DNA of 64,000 nt. Source: a virus. A program made the translations under genes and the position numbers. Below are positions 46,573 through 56,945 of the stretch, piece after piece (position 1 is the stretch's first letter; the number at the start of each line of letters is the position of its first letter). The stretch lies in the IMG/VR virus record IMGVR_UViG_3300003873_000003, positions 1 through 64,000 of that record. One strand, 5' to 3'. The notes below the pieces were generated by a model. That model ran no database searches, had not been told where the DNA came from, and saw only the letters and a list, made by a program, of their open reading frames with translations.

Positions 46573-46945
46573 TATCACTTCCTCCTTCGTATAAAGAGAA
46601 CTCATAAGCACCCTGCGAAACACTGTCCCACAAAGGGCTATTAGGGGTGTACTCGCCTAACTCGGATAGTAGGGTATCTGCAAGCTCTTTGGCGGCATCT
46701 TCGCCAAAGAGTAACGCAGCTCTATCAAAATAGGCACTATCATAGAAGCTGTAATCACCGATAGACGACAACATCTCGTCCCGCATAGCTTCTAACGCAG
46801 GCGCAAGGGCATCGAGCTTACGCTGGGCAACTAAACCAGCTCGCTTACTACGAGCTAAATCCAACGTAAGCCTATCCAGTTCGGCTACGAGTTCTTCTTT
46901 CGTACTATCATGGGTATAAGCCATAACAGGTATGTATGCTTTCAT
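46565..46945 (-). CDS. Hypothetical protein
   Basis: AAGGAG RBS before MKAYIP. Confidence 0.6.
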   Translation of the reverse strand: MKAYIPVMAYTHDSTKEELVAELDRLTLDLARSKRAGLVAQRKLDALAPALEAMRDEMLSSIGDYSFYDSAYFDRAALLFGEDAAKELADTLLSELGEYTPNSPLWDSVSQGAYEFSLYEGGSDNV

Positions 46946-46978
46946 ATAATACTCTCCTTTACTGCGCACCAAAATAAA

Positions 46979-47611
46979 TTAAGGCAACAGTCTTTCTTTT
47001 ATCTCATCCTGCATGGCTTTCACTGACGTGTTTACCATACCAGCATGTCTCTCAATCATATTGTTTATGAGGGCTTTAATCTCCTTCCGATGCTTCGGTG
47101 GAACGATAGCCTTCAAGTCATCTTGTAAGTTGCAGGACTCTTCAAGAAGATTCTGCATCTGCTTTGTAGCGTTAGGCATGATGATGTCTTTGGTAATAAC
47201 TTCGGCTTGGGCTTCTAAGTCTGCTACAGCTCGTATTTCAGAAGCCAAATCCCTCGCCGTGCCAGTCAAAGCTATGAATAGGTAACCCATCGTAGTGTTC
47301 GTTGGGTCGTCATCAATCTCGGCTTTGGTCTTAGGTATTAAGTCAAGAACATCGTCAAGGATAACCGAGTACATACTAACACAGGTATCTGACTTCTCCT
47401 GACCCCCAAGGGACTTACGAAGCTTTTTATACTCACGCTCTGCGGCTTCTAGCTTCGCCGCAACACGCTTCTGCCGCTTCTCACGAGCAGACTCTTTTGC
47501 TGCTTCCGCATCAGAACCCCCACGATTACCATCACGACCTCCGCCTACATCACGCAAGCTACGAACCTTGGTCGGGGCTCGGTCTCTCTTTGAACTAACA
47601 GGTGCTGCCAT
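46979..47611 (-). CDS. Helical hypothetical protein
   Basis: GAGGAGG RBS before MAAPV. Confidence 0.65.
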   Translation of the reverse strand: MAAPVSSKRDRAPTKVRSLRDVGGGRDGNRGGSDAEAAKESAREKRQKRVAAKLEAAEREYKKLRKSLGGQEKSDTCVSMYSVILDDVLDLIPKTKAEIDDDPTNTTMGYLFIALTGTARDLASEIRAVADLEAQAEVITKDIIMPNATKQMQNLLEESCNLQDDLKAIVPPKHRKEIKALINNMIERHAGMVNTSVKAMQDEIKERLLP

Positions 47612-47668
47612 TACTATACACCTCCTCTTGTATTGAACTCTTACGAAAGAATTAGAGTCCATAACCTA

Positions 47669-47710
47669 GAAAAGCAACCACACGCAATAGTCGCTTGTGG
47701 TTGCTTTTCT
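47669..47710 (-). terminator. Hairpin/terminator
   Basis: gaaaagcaaccaca ... tgtggttgcttttc. Confidence 0.7.
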
Positions 47711-47712
47711 GA

Positions 47713-48327
47713 TTAAAGTATGTTCGTTGAACCCAAAAAAGAGTCCACGTTTTTGACCAACGTAGCCATAGTAGCAACCGAAGTAGAGTCAGGGTCTCCT
47801 ATCGGGTTGGTTACCTGCCAATCAGACAAACTACGAAGCTCCTGCTGCTCGGCATCTAGTGCTATGCCTACAGATGCGGCGGAAGGTAGAAACGGTGCGT
47901 CAACATGCAAGTGATAGATGCGGTTACCTGATGCAGTAATGCGACCGTAGTCACTAACCGTCCTAAGCCCAGACAGCGCAACGATAACACTCTTAGAGGC
48001 TGCAACGTCCTCAAGTGATTTCTCCAAAACACACTTGTTGTACAGAAAACGGGAACGAAAGTACACCTCAATCTCGTGGTACAAGGCGGTTGCCGATAGC
48101 TGCTTTCCATTAAAGTCACCAACTACAGTAGAAGAACAAGACTGATGCAGGGACTCCAATTCAGCAATTGGTTTGTTTGAAATAGCTGATGCCAACTCTT
48201 TCATCACACGGTAAATCTCGACATGTGCCACAGGGAAGAAGGGCGACCGCAGCTTAGAGCTAATGAGGTTACCTACAGTCGATTTGCCCGAACAAGCGTT
48301 CCCCGAGATTAAGACTATCGTAGTCAT
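47713..48327 (-). CDS. P-loop kinase (dNMP-kinase-like)
   Basis: IVLISGNACSGKST, MKELAS, SGLR; SE-type tail then D..V.N. Confidence 0.65.
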   Translation of the reverse strand: MTTIVLISGNACSGKSTVGNLISSKLRSPFFPVAHVEIYRVMKELASAISNKPIAELESLHQSCSSTVVGDFNGKQLSATALYHEIEVYFRSRFLYNKCVLEKSLEDVAASKSVIVALSGLRTVSDYGRITASGNRIYHLHVDAPFLPSAASVGIALDAEQQELRSLSDWQVTNPIGDPDSTSVATMATLVKNVDSFLGSTNIL

Positions 48328-48638
48328 TGTAGCGTGCCAAACACAGAATCTTTGGGATGGTAAGGCGCAGTCAACTTCACATACTTACCCATCAAATGAT
48401 AGTCTTGGAAAGTAATAAGTCCCGACTTCCAAGCTGCATCTCTATGAGAGGCACGCACTTCCCAAAGACCTAAAGGGCAAGATACAACAGTGTACCCTTG
48501 GGACTCCGTTACAATGGCATGGCGAAGGAAGTCTGCCAGTATAGACAGGCTTATACTACGCCGCTCTTTCAACAGCGCATTGCGAATATCATAATCATCA
48601 TCGGTTTGAGGGGAGTCACAGAACATACGACACCACAT
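48324..48638 (-). CDS. Hypothetical protein
   Basis: ATGA-coupled to the kinase gene. Confidence 0.5.
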   Translation of the reverse strand: MWCRMFCDSPQTDDDYDIRNALLKERRSISLSILADFLRHAIVTESQGYTVVSCPLGLWEVRASHRDAAWKSGLITFQDYHLMGKYVKLTAPYHPKDSVFGTLQ

Positions 48639-48756
48639 AGTTGCACAGAAAGTAGTACCCTAAACAAACGGTTGCTGTAACCGCTATAGACCCCAAGTTG
48701 ATAGCAGGCTTTCTTGAAAGTGCAGTAAAACACAACTCATATCCAGTAATCTTCAT
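48616..48756 (-). CDS. Small putative membrane protein (46 aa, not in ORF track)
   Basis: GGGAGG RBS; MKITGYELCFTALSRKPAINLGSIAVTATVCLGYYFLCNYVVSYVL. Confidence 0.5.
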   Translation of the reverse strand: MKITGYELCFTALSRKPAINLGSIAVTATVCLGYYFLCNYVVSYVL

Positions 48757-48819
48757 ATAAGATACCTCCCCAGTTTCGTATAGCACCTATTGACTATACA
48801 GAGTTTTTCTAAAAGTTAT

Positions 48820-49206
48820 TTACACTTTGTTGCAGATATTGCACGCAGCTTTAACAATCGCCACCTTGTAGTCGTTTGACCTAGAGGCTACACCCCCGTC
48901 ATGTTTTCCTGCTAAGTAAAAGCGACTATCAGCAGGGTCAACCTTAACCCAAAGGTTAAAGGCGAGCATGACGTGCATAGAGTCATAGTCAGAGCGAAGT
49001 GGGTTAAACTGCCGAGTACCTTGAATAAGTACAGCAAGGTCGCCTGTAGCTTTTGCATGGTCGGAAGATGAAGCCCGTCTGTGCAAATGAGGTGTAGATA
49101 AAGTACCCACACTGACAGACTCATCAGGATAGGTGATAGATGCCAGCTTCACCAGTAGTTCGAGCGAGTGTACACATACATCATCGCACGCTTTTTTCGT
49201 AGTCAT
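48820..49206 (-). CDS. Hypothetical protein
   Basis: GGAG RBS before MTTKK; FNPL..D..M motif. Confidence 0.55.
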   Translation of the reverse strand: MTTKKACDDVCVHSLELLVKLASITYPDESVSVGTLSTPHLHRRASSSDHAKATGDLAVLIQGTRQFNPLRSDYDSMHVMLAFNLWVKVDPADSRFYLAGKHDGGVASRSNDYKVAIVKAACNICNKV

Positions 49207-49280
49207 GTTACGTTTCTCCAATAAAAAATGCAGCCGTGTTTGGTTTAGGAACACGGCTGCATCAAATTAACCAACAAAGT

Positions 49281-49583
49281 TTAATGTCGGATGATAGGGC
49301 TGCTAAAATCAGGTCGTACAACCTTACTGAATTGGGCATCATACAGGTCAACAATGTTAGTATCTGTAACAGGCTCAATAAACAGGACTTTATCACGACC
49401 AACTGTAATACTTTCCAACATAGGCATGTAAGGAGCGAACCCCAGTTGGTCACGCACTGGAACCATCTGCAAACTGTTCTTCAAAATAACGGACGATGAC
49501 GTTTCCGTTACAGTAGAAAGAACCTTCTCACCACTTATGAATGCTACGACACGTAGCCCTGCGCTGTCTTCTTCTCTTAACAT
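49281..49583 (-). CDS. Sm-like fold phage protein
   Basis: VVAFISGEKVL...LKN...FAPYMP..ITV..DKVLFI...LYD; pattern of small myovirus Sm-like proteins. Confidence 0.5.
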   Translation of the reverse strand: MLREEDSAGLRVVAFISGEKVLSTVTETSSSVILKNSLQMVPVRDQLGFAPYMPMLESITVGRDKVLFIEPVTDTNIVDLYDAQFSKVVRPDFSSPIIRH

Positions 49584-49587
49584 ATTG

Positions 49588-50139
49588 CTATTCTCCTTTA
49601 GGGGATTTACTACCGATAGTAGCAAGCTTCTCTTCTAACCATTTGGACAATACAACCTTCCCATCGGCTGTGATAGTCTTCTTGTGGCTATTCTGTTTCC
49701 ACTCTTCTGTAGAGCGGATGTTCTTTTTGTTGTCAAAACACCACTTAGCAAGTAAAAGCGCACCTCTCACTCCCCACACGACACAAGAAAAACTTGCGGT
49801 GTACTGCTCATCACCATCCCACCAAGAGGTAACATAACGGTCGGAGTTCTTAGCATCCTGTGGTCGGAATGCTACACCTCGAAGACCAGTGTGGTTTGCC
49901 TTCGTAGGTAGCCCCTTAGACTTCAAGGAGACGGGTTTCCATCCTTCATCTTTGATACGTTGTAACTCTGCATCTCGGAATGCAATAGCCTCATCTAGGG
50001 TACGAAACGAGCCATGCACCAAAGGTTTCCGATACTGATATTTAAGTCGCACAATATAGGCACAGTCCGATGCTGTGATGTAACGTGTATTTGGAGGGAT
50101 TGGAAGAAGGGGTTTTGGGGTCGCACGCTTTGCTTCCAC
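49588..50139 (-). CDS. AP2-like DNA-binding domain protein
   Basis: GSFRTLDEAIAFRDAEL; NHTGLRGV..YVTSW..SFS...WG...A. Confidence 0.65.
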   Translation of the reverse strand: MEAKRATPKPLLPIPPNTRYITASDCAYIVRLKYQYRKPLVHGSFRTLDEAIAFRDAELQRIKDEGWKPVSLKSKGLPTKANHTGLRGVAFRPQDAKNSDRYVTSWWDGDEQYTASFSCVVWGVRGALLLAKWCFDNKKNIRSTEEWKQNSHKKTITADGKVVLSKWLEEKLATIGSKSPKGE

Positions 50140-50278
50140 TAAAGTGTGCCTCGAAAACGCTCTTGAAAGTCAAGCCCTTCATCTTTTCTTGAACGTGGTT
50201 TTGCTTGTACCGTAATGGTTTCATTCGTCATGGGGACAATCCTTTTGTAATCATCTGATTTAGCGAGTGCGTGCAGCT

Positions 50279-51826
50279 TTATAGAACGTAAGCCTTTTTG
50301 GAAGCCCGAGTTAAAGCAACATACGCACACTGCATAGATTCCTTATTGCTTCTGTTACGGAGTATGTTAGCCTCATCAATAAAAACGTTCTCATAGGTGC
50401 TACCTTGCGCCATGTGAGCTGTCATAGCGTAACTATGCCGCACACTGGACAATGCCTTCAACTGCCAAAAGCATTGCCAAGGTAGCCACGCTGCGGAACC
50501 CTTAGAGTTACGAGCGAGGTTAGCATACTTCTGTATCTCGTTGTACCCTGGGGCACCTACGAGGATACGATGCTTTTCACCATTTACAGATTCAGTATTC
50601 AGAATGTAGGCAGGCGCAGTGTATTCATCGAAAGCAACCACTTTACACGCAGAGCTATAGTTGGGCTTACGACCCGTGTTCGCATCCACCATTATGTTAG
50701 GCGTATATGCTATACGTTCGTAGCTCAATACACGAAACTCATCTGCCGTTGTATAAACAGGCGAAGCGCACCGAATAGACTTATGCTTAAAGGACACAGC
50801 AACTAGACCACTATGGAAATCATTAAACGAATACAAGGGACCACGAGAATAAACCCACTCGCCTTCTGTGAAAGGTATCGCATCACACTCATCACCATAG
50901 ATAGAACGGCGGATTAGCTTATTGAGTTCCAGAACCCTTGCGTTAGTCCAAGCAACGCATCGGATATAGTCAGGATTGTCAACAAAGGCTTTGAACAACG
51001 GGAGCATCATTGCTTCGGTTCCATTGTACACACCTTCTGTACCATCATGGTTAGCAGCTCTGGGGATAAGAGTCTTCTCGTTACGGTTCACCGCCTTGCG
51101 CAGCTTTTGGCTACAAGCAAATAATGGGTTATCCCCAGAGGTACGGATAGGTAGCTTGAGCAGGGCGGATGAAGAAGACTTACGAAAGGTAGGTGACATC
51201 TGCTCTTCGCCAACAGGTCGTAGTTGGGCGGGGTCACCAACAAAGAGGACTTTTAATGTTGGAGGTACAAGCACACACAACATCTCAAAAAGCTCGGTGG
51301 ACACCTGCGAACACTCATCAACGATAAGAAGCTTAGTTGGAAGGTTAGGTTCCCTATCACGTATCAGGTGCATCTCACCATCCTCACCTGCTCGCATAGT
51401 AAGCCCCAACATAGACTGTATTGTAGTACAGTTTGCGTTGTTGCCTTTCTCTTTAAGCATAGAGTGGATAACCTTGGTAGCCTTGTTTGTTGGTGCGGCG
51501 AAAGCGGTCAACGCATCACCAACACTACTAACAATAGTCGTAACCAAATGGGTCTTACCTGTACCTGCAAACCCTTTGATACACATGAACCCATGGCTAC
51601 CGTCCGTAGGAGCAGGGGAGTCCAACCACTCCATGACCGCTTTGTAGGCGGCAGGTTGGTCTCCCTTCAAAGGTGTATCCAACACTTCCTCAACATCAGG
51701 CGTTGGTACAACAGCACCCTCTTTAACAGCAGGAGGGGCATCCGTAGTGTTCGGTGGTGTGGCAGAGGTTGAGTCAGACACATAACCACCAGTGTTTTCT
51801 TTTTTATCGAAGTCTAAATTAGACAT
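50279..51826 (-). CDS. Dda/RecD-like SF1 DNA helicase
   Basis: GFAGTGKT, APTNKA, TTIQSML, IVDECSQ, VGDPAQL, AWTN, YAMTAHMAQGSTY, YVALTRA. Confidence 0.92.
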   Translation of the reverse strand: MSNLDFDKKENTGGYVSDSTSATPPNTTDAPPAVKEGAVVPTPDVEEVLDTPLKGDQPAAYKAVMEWLDSPAPTDGSHGFMCIKGFAGTGKTHLVTTIVSSVGDALTAFAAPTNKATKVIHSMLKEKGNNANCTTIQSMLGLTMRAGEDGEMHLIRDREPNLPTKLLIVDECSQVSTELFEMLCVLVPPTLKVLFVGDPAQLRPVGEEQMSPTFRKSSSSALLKLPIRTSGDNPLFACSQKLRKAVNRNEKTLIPRAANHDGTEGVYNGTEAMMLPLFKAFVDNPDYIRCVAWTNARVLELNKLIRRSIYGDECDAIPFTEGEWVYSRGPLYSFNDFHSGLVAVSFKHKSIRCASPVYTTADEFRVLSYERIAYTPNIMVDANTGRKPNYSSACKVVAFDEYTAPAYILNTESVNGEKHRILVGAPGYNEIQKYANLARNSKGSAAWLPWQCFWQLKALSSVRHSYAMTAHMAQGSTYENVFIDEANILRNRSNKESMQCAYVALTRASKKAYVL

Positions 51827-51849
51827 AAACTCTCCAGTTTTACGGGGCG

Positions 51850-52425
51850 TTACTTACCTGTACTACCAAATCCACCGTCACCTCGAACCTGACCATCCTT
51901 TGATTCTCCCCAAACTTCCAATGTTACGCCTGCAATAGTTGCTTGGGGTGCAGGTGCTAAGACACATTGAGCAATGCGCATACCTTGGGTGATATTAAAA
52001 GCCTGTGAGCCTTGGTTGAACAGCAAAACAATGATTTCACCACGGTAGTCAGAGTCGATAGTCCCAGGGGCGTTCAACACTGTAATGTTGTGTTTGGCTG
52101 CCAATCCTGAACGTGGTCGCACTTGCAGTTCGTAACCATCAGGAATGTGAGACACCAAAAGCCCAGTAGCTACTTTAAGCATCTCCCCAGGATATAAGGA
52201 TGCAGCGGTTTCACTATCAAACACGCCATCGTTGATAACATCTGCATGTAGGTCGAACCCCGCAGAGCCGCTGGTTTGATACTTAGGTAGGATGTTGTAT
52301 TCATGCTTCAAGCAGAACTCAACACGCAATTCGTTTCCCTGTACATGCTCGGTTATTTTATCCCCCACCTTAGTGGGTGGGATAGGTTGTTTCTTTTGTT
52401 GTTTCTTTTGTTGTGTGTGTTGCAT
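51850..52425 (-). CDS. dut: Trimeric dUTPase
   Basis: SAGFDL, RPRSG, GTIDSDYRGE, RIAQ, RGDGGFGSTG. Confidence 0.96.
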   Translation of the reverse strand: MQHTQQKKQQKKQPIPPTKVGDKITEHVQGNELRVEFCLKHEYNILPKYQTSGSAGFDLHADVINDGVFDSETAASLYPGEMLKVATGLLVSHIPDGYELQVRPRSGLAAKHNITVLNAPGTIDSDYRGEIIVLLFNQGSQAFNITQGMRIAQCVLAPAPQATIAGVTLEVWGESKDGQVRGDGGFGSTGK

Positions 52426-52492
52426 ATAAAACTCCTTTTAATAAGTCGTACTATTTTCATGTAAAACGCCAACACGCAGGGGTGCGTGTAAG

Positions 52493-52816
52493 TTACATAA
52501 GGATTACCCATGCTACGTAAACATCAGATGCGCCAGTAAATAACCCTGCAAGAAAAACTAAAGTCCCCACCAAAGGGAAATCCCTATCCGTAATACGGGG
52601 ATACACTATCTCTAGTTCAGCCTCCATGCAGTTTTCACATCCGTTGCCACATTCTTTTGAAACCGTGCTATCCGAAGGTGTGCAACCAGAGTGTTGCCGT
52701 ACATGTATGTCACAAGAGTCCACAAATATGGCTATTCCTAACAAGCATACAGTTAAACTCATCACAAAAGCGATAGACAGAATAGCGCAAGTTACGCCCC
52801 ACGTAATAGTAAGCAT
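52493..52816 (-). CDS. Membrane protein
   Basis: Two hydrophobic segments around a Cys-rich loop. Confidence 0.55.
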   Translation of the reverse strand: MLTITWGVTCAILSIAFVMSLTVCLLGIAIFVDSCDIHVRQHSGCTPSDSTVSKECGNGCENCMEAELEIVYPRITDRDFPLVGTLVFLAGLFTGASDVYVAWVILM

Positions 52817-52817
52817 A

Positions 52818-53030
52818 TCAATGGCTAGTGAGCAGGATAGGAAGACCTACACCAACACCTGCCATAAACAAGACACCGCCAGCCAAGACAAACACAACAC
52901 CCCCAATGAAACTCATAACAGAACCATGAAGGGTTGAAGCTTCATAAAAGAAAAGGTAGAGGGCGGCATATATGAGTACACCACCCCCACCGAGTAAACC
53001 TATCAAGATTAAAGTAGTTGAAAAGACCAT
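52818..53030 (-). CDS. Small two-TM membrane protein
   Basis: GGAGG RBS; two hydrophobic helices. Confidence 0.6.
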   Translation of the reverse strand: MVFSTTLILIGLLGGGGVLIYAALYLFFYEASTLHGSVMSFIGGVVFVLAGGVLFMAGVGVGLPILLTSH

Positions 53031-53094
53031 AAGTACCTCCGAGACTGCGTTTAGCAGTTTATTGTTTTATTGTGTTGCATAATACAGATTTACA

Positions 53095-53547
53095 TTAAAC
53101 GAACGCTCTTTTTATATTCTGACGAAAAATAGTTTCGTTACGACTACTAGAGTACACAGACGTTATCAGGGACGTAGGGTGACACATAGTGAAACTAAAC
53201 CCTGCGAGGGCAAGCCAACTATCCACATCGGAAATATGAACCTCACCCTTCACAGTGGCTGAAACAGTAGTGTACACAACCACAGGTATCGGGCTACAGA
53301 CACACACGCTACCGTCTGCCCCTATACCTATACCCGAACCACACCGCACGTTAGCTCGAACAGTATCAACCAAGCATGACGGAACAGGAAGACCCGATGA
53401 TAGCAAACATTCAGGCTCTTTGCGTACCAAAATATCGCAACCAAGCAGAAGAGGCTTATCTCCTCGACCGAAAACGTCAACCTTAATAACAGGGGATTCG
53501 GATTGTATAAGCTCGGATGAAACTAAGCGTGGGTGTGATGGTGTCAT
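53095..53547 (-). CDS. Hypothetical protein
   Basis: AGGAG RBS. Confidence 0.55.
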   Translation of the reverse strand: MTPSHPRLVSSELIQSESPVIKVDVFGRGDKPLLLGCDILVRKEPECLLSSGLPVPSCLVDTVRANVRCGSGIGIGADGSVCVCSPIPVVVYTTVSATVKGEVHISDVDSWLALAGFSFTMCHPTSLITSVYSSSRNETIFRQNIKRAFV

Positions 53548-53569
53548 ATGGGTCTCCTAAGTGAGTCAT

Positions 53570-54235
53570 TTATGGAACATACGCAGGTGGTGTTAGAGAC
53601 ACCCCAGGGAAGTTAGGCAAAGCAGCCTTGTATCCGAGTTCAGTGGAAGTGGCAGAACCATAGATGTAATTACCAAGTTGGGGCTTTGTGTAAGATGTCG
53701 GTACAACTACATCCTCGAACAAGGCTTTATTTACAAACCCTTGAACGAAAGCCGACATAGAGGATATAAGACCCCTAAAGTGCGCCTCTTCGTCTGTGAT
53801 GGCTTGAGTTATAGAAGCCTCAAGAGCAACAAGATTCGCAGGTACAGGAGGCTTAGCAGGTGGGACAACAGGCGCAGCAGGGTACGGTAAGTCATTGTAG
53901 TAACTAACGGTAGTGGCAGACACCGCAGCACGCACAGCACCGAGCCCCATAGCCGCAGCACCGTGGGTACTAGGTGGTGGTGTAATGCCCGAAGTAACAA
54001 CATAGGAATACAAGGCAGGAACAAAGTCACCAATCCAAGGTCGAGGTGCTGCAAAGTGAGCTTGTATAGCAGCATCAACAGAAGACCAGTAAGAGCTATA
54101 ATCGGCGAACCCCGTTGTGGAAGCAACTCCTGTAGAGGTCAGAGTGTAGCAGTTGTTTTCCCTGTCTGTGAGAAGTGTGTAGAGCGCAGGGTCGCTCGGA
54201 ATGGGGGATAAAACGGATTTAGCATGTACTGGCAT
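53570..54235 (-). CDS. Pro/Ala-rich hypothetical protein, possibly virion-associated
   Basis: AGGAGG RBS; immediately downstream of the PAAR gene. Confidence 0.6.
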   Translation of the reverse strand: MPVHAKSVLSPIPSDPALYTLLTDRENNCYTLTSTGVASTTGFADYSSYWSSVDAAIQAHFAAPRPWIGDFVPALYSYVVTSGITPPPSTHGAAAMGLGAVRAAVSATTVSYYNDLPYPAAPVVPPAKPPVPANLVALEASITQAITDEEAHFRGLISSMSAFVQGFVNKALFEDVVVPTSYTKPQLGNYIYGSATSTELGYKAALPNFPGVSLTPPAYVP

Positions 54236-54254
54236 GGAGCCTCCTATTGAAAAG

Positions 54255-54548
54255 TCACTTGACCATGATTTTCGGGTTACCTGTCATAGATACGCAAGGT
54301 CCCGGGTTCGTTCCGACATCACCTACACGGTGAGCAGGTTTTCCCGTAAGGTTTGTGATAGCAGAGCCACTAAGTGCAACTACAGGATGACCACAAGTAG
54401 CGACAGCCACGTCACCTACGGCGATGCCTGGGGTAGCACCTTTAACAATAGGGTTACCTGTGACGAACGTACCAGTGTAACCTTGGGGGTTTGTATGGGC
54501 AGGGCAAACACCTACACAGATGTCACCAACACACACTAAGGGAGGCAT
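54255..54548 (-). CDS. PAAR-domain spike-tip protein
   Basis: VCVGD..C.AH, AVGD..CGH, GKPAHRVGD, TGNPKIMV. Confidence 0.85.
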   Translation of the reverse strand: MPPLVCVGDICVGVCPAHTNPQGYTGTFVTGNPIVKGATPGIAVGDVAVATCGHPVVALSGSAITNLTGKPAHRVGDVGTNPGPCVSMTGNPKIMVK

Positions 54549-54549
54549 A

Positions 54550-55320
54550 TCACTCTCCCTCAACCACGGCTAACATCTTATGGTAGAATAAGTAGCCATG
54601 CGCCCCAAGACCTCTTGTATCCTCGCTCGCCTCCTCCATAACAGCGTCTATCTCCGCCTTAACAACCTCCAAGTCAACATGGGGATGGTTAGCGTCAGAA
54701 GCCACAATGTTGTGAGTATCACAATACGAGGCATACACCTTACGCAGGTACGACAGATTGAAGTCATCACGGTCTAAGATACGACCCAAGAGAGGCGTAT
54801 CCATGTGTTGCTCTAAGGCATAGCGGACGACTGCAAGAGATGCAATACGTTGTTTAACTGGAAGCACAGCATCGAATCGGGAACCGCACATCTTAGAGAG
54901 TCGTAGCTCTTCCGTGTTCACCTTAGCGTCAACCAACGGAATAGCGAGGTTCTTTAATAGGACGGGGTTAAGTGTGAGCAGAAACAGCTCTAACAGGTTG
55001 CCACACTGTATGACAATGTTTTCAACAGCCTCTGTATGAGCAGGAAGAGTGGAGTTCATCTCCGAACGTACTTGAGATGCGATGCTTTGTAGGACGTTAC
55101 GAGGAACCCTGTCCCCTAAGCCAGTGTAGTCTAAGTGTGAAATATCATCACTACCGAACAGGTCAATGTAGTCATCAACGTCTTCGGACGCTACAACATA
55201 ATCCATAACGTCAAGTAAGTCGAGGTAAACAATCAATAGATTCCTAAACTTATCAGGGGTAAGCATTGAGGTAAGACCTTTATGCAGGTCGAACAGGTCA
55301 TCGGGGATACGTTCTCCCAT
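54550..55320 (-). CDS. Helical hypothetical protein
   Basis: AAGGAG RBS before MGERIP. Confidence 0.6.
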   Translation of the reverse strand: MGERIPDDLFDLHKGLTSMLTPDKFRNLLIVYLDLLDVMDYVVASEDVDDYIDLFGSDDISHLDYTGLGDRVPRNVLQSIASQVRSEMNSTLPAHTEAVENIVIQCGNLLELFLLTLNPVLLKNLAIPLVDAKVNTEELRLSKMCGSRFDAVLPVKQRIASLAVVRYALEQHMDTPLLGRILDRDDFNLSYLRKVYASYCDTHNIVASDANHPHVDLEVVKAEIDAVMEEASEDTRGLGAHGYLFYHKMLAVVEGE

Positions 55321-55345
55321 AATGGTATTCTCCTTTGTACGAATG

Positions 55346-56125
55346 TTATACGCCGTTATACGAAAGGTGGAGGGCAAACGCTACTCTTTGTTGGGAGTGG
55401 TAGGAATCGTCAGACATAGCGTCACGAGCCTCTTTCTTTATAAGGGCTAGTGCTGATTTACACTTATCATAAACACGCACGTTCAGTCCATCAACCTCGT
55501 GGTCGGGGAGCAAGTGGATGAGGCGCATGACAGTGTACTGTTTGTCTATGTACGAAGAAACATCAGTATCGAACTTCCAGTGAGGTATCTTGGTAGAACG
55601 TAATGCCTTGAGAGCCAACTGGCACACTGAGGACGAATAGGACACACGCTGCAAATGAGACTCATGCAAGCTTGCATCCTCGGTATGACCCCTATGAAGT
55701 TTCAAGAAATGGGATTCATCCGCTAACAACGCAGCTCGCTTCTTCAAAGAAGGGATAACCATCCTATGCAGCAATGTACGGATACGCAGAACACCGAACG
55801 TTCGCACCAAGTCATCCACTTGCTTCTCAAGCGACACGAGCGTCATCCACAAGGAGCCCATACGAACGACATCTTTGGCGGAATTTATATCAGCGGTATC
55901 AGCAAATGACCGCATGGTAGTATCGAAGTCTATGAGTTGAGCCCAAAGCTCATCTAAAGCAGACCGTGCAGCTACCCAGTGGTCGTGGGGGATAAGTGTA
56001 ACATCGCTGTATGCCGAGCCACAACCTTCCAAGGTGAGAAAGTCCATTAACGGTCGGAGCTTACTCAAACACGCTTGGAATCGAGTATCGTAGTCTTTAT
56101 CATCTATATTGGTGCATTCGCTCAT
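55346..56125 (-). CDS. Helical hypothetical protein
   Basis: AAGGAG RBS. Confidence 0.6.
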   Translation of the reverse strand: MSECTNIDDKDYDTRFQACLSKLRPLMDFLTLEGCGSAYSDVTLIPHDHWVAARSALDELWAQLIDFDTTMRSFADTADINSAKDVVRMGSLWMTLVSLEKQVDDLVRTFGVLRIRTLLHRMVIPSLKKRAALLADESHFLKLHRGHTEDASLHESHLQRVSYSSSVCQLALKALRSTKIPHWKFDTDVSSYIDKQYTVMRLIHLLPDHEVDGLNVRVYDKCKSALALIKKEARDAMSDDSYHSQQRVAFALHLSYNGV

Positions 56126-56154
56126 CGGGAGCTCCTTTGTTTAAGTAATCGTAT

Positions 56155-56799
56155 CTAGTCAGAAGTGCATCTGTATATGTAGTCCAAGTAGTTCGCCAGA
56201 TGATAGGCAAAGTCAGCTCGCACCTCGACATCACGGTACAGGTCAACATCACTAACAACATCAACCACATGAGCAATCGCTTCATCCGCTAGGGACGCAA
56301 CACGATAGTCAGACCGTGAGATTTCACCTGAACCTGCCAAATAGATAAGGAAGGTAACACTATTTATGGAGCCCAAATCAAAGTATTCTGTAGGAGGTAT
56401 CCACATCACCACACGCAACGCCAAGTCCAAGGCATTAACCTTTCGGCGAGCAGCACGGATACTACGCACACGCATTTCAGGGGTTTCTCCGATGAAACAA
56501 TGGGCGTGGTAAGAGTATTCGGTGTACGCCGACCTACGCAAAGCCCTAAGAGTCTCTAGGTAAAGACGCTTCATAAAACGGTTTTCAGCTATGGTTACCT
56601 CGGTTAAGAGATTACCGAGCGCATCAGACTCTAGGGGTTCATCAATCACAGATTGAACTATGTCAGCCACACCCGACAAAGGGTTGTATTGACGAAGGGT
56701 ATCACGGATGACTTCTGCCCGACGTGTATTTAACTTTGCTATTGATACAGTCGTGGACGAAGGTAAGTCACAGTTAGAATGCTCTGTTACAGTAGGCAT
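56155..56799 (-). CDS. Helical hypothetical protein
   Basis: GGAG RBS. Confidence 0.6.
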   Translation of the reverse strand: MPTVTEHSNCDLPSSTTVSIAKLNTRRAEVIRDTLRQYNPLSGVADIVQSVIDEPLESDALGNLLTEVTIAENRFMKRLYLETLRALRRSAYTEYSYHAHCFIGETPEMRVRSIRAARRKVNALDLALRVVMWIPPTEYFDLGSINSVTFLIYLAGSGEISRSDYRVASLADEAIAHVVDVVSDVDLYRDVEVRADFAYHLANYLDYIYRCTSD

Positions 56800-56945
56800 T
56801 ATTTAAGCTCCAAGGGATAAGGTTATCCAATATACGAAATAAGAGGGCAAGTGTGCAGGTGTAGGGGAAACCACCGACCACCTCACTAGGAACTACTGGC
56901 ACAACTAAAAAACTACATGCCTAGCAATTAGCAAAGGTAGCCGTC

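Noticed and set aside
49588-50139. HNH-AP2 homing endonuclease or mobile element
   Set aside because: AP2-like motifs are present but there is no HNH or GIY-YIG motif and no interrupted host gene.
56810-56945. Possible structured ncRNA between sbcC and the next gene
   Set aside because: Only weak, imperfect pairing and no recognisable family; cannot be supported without covariation data.
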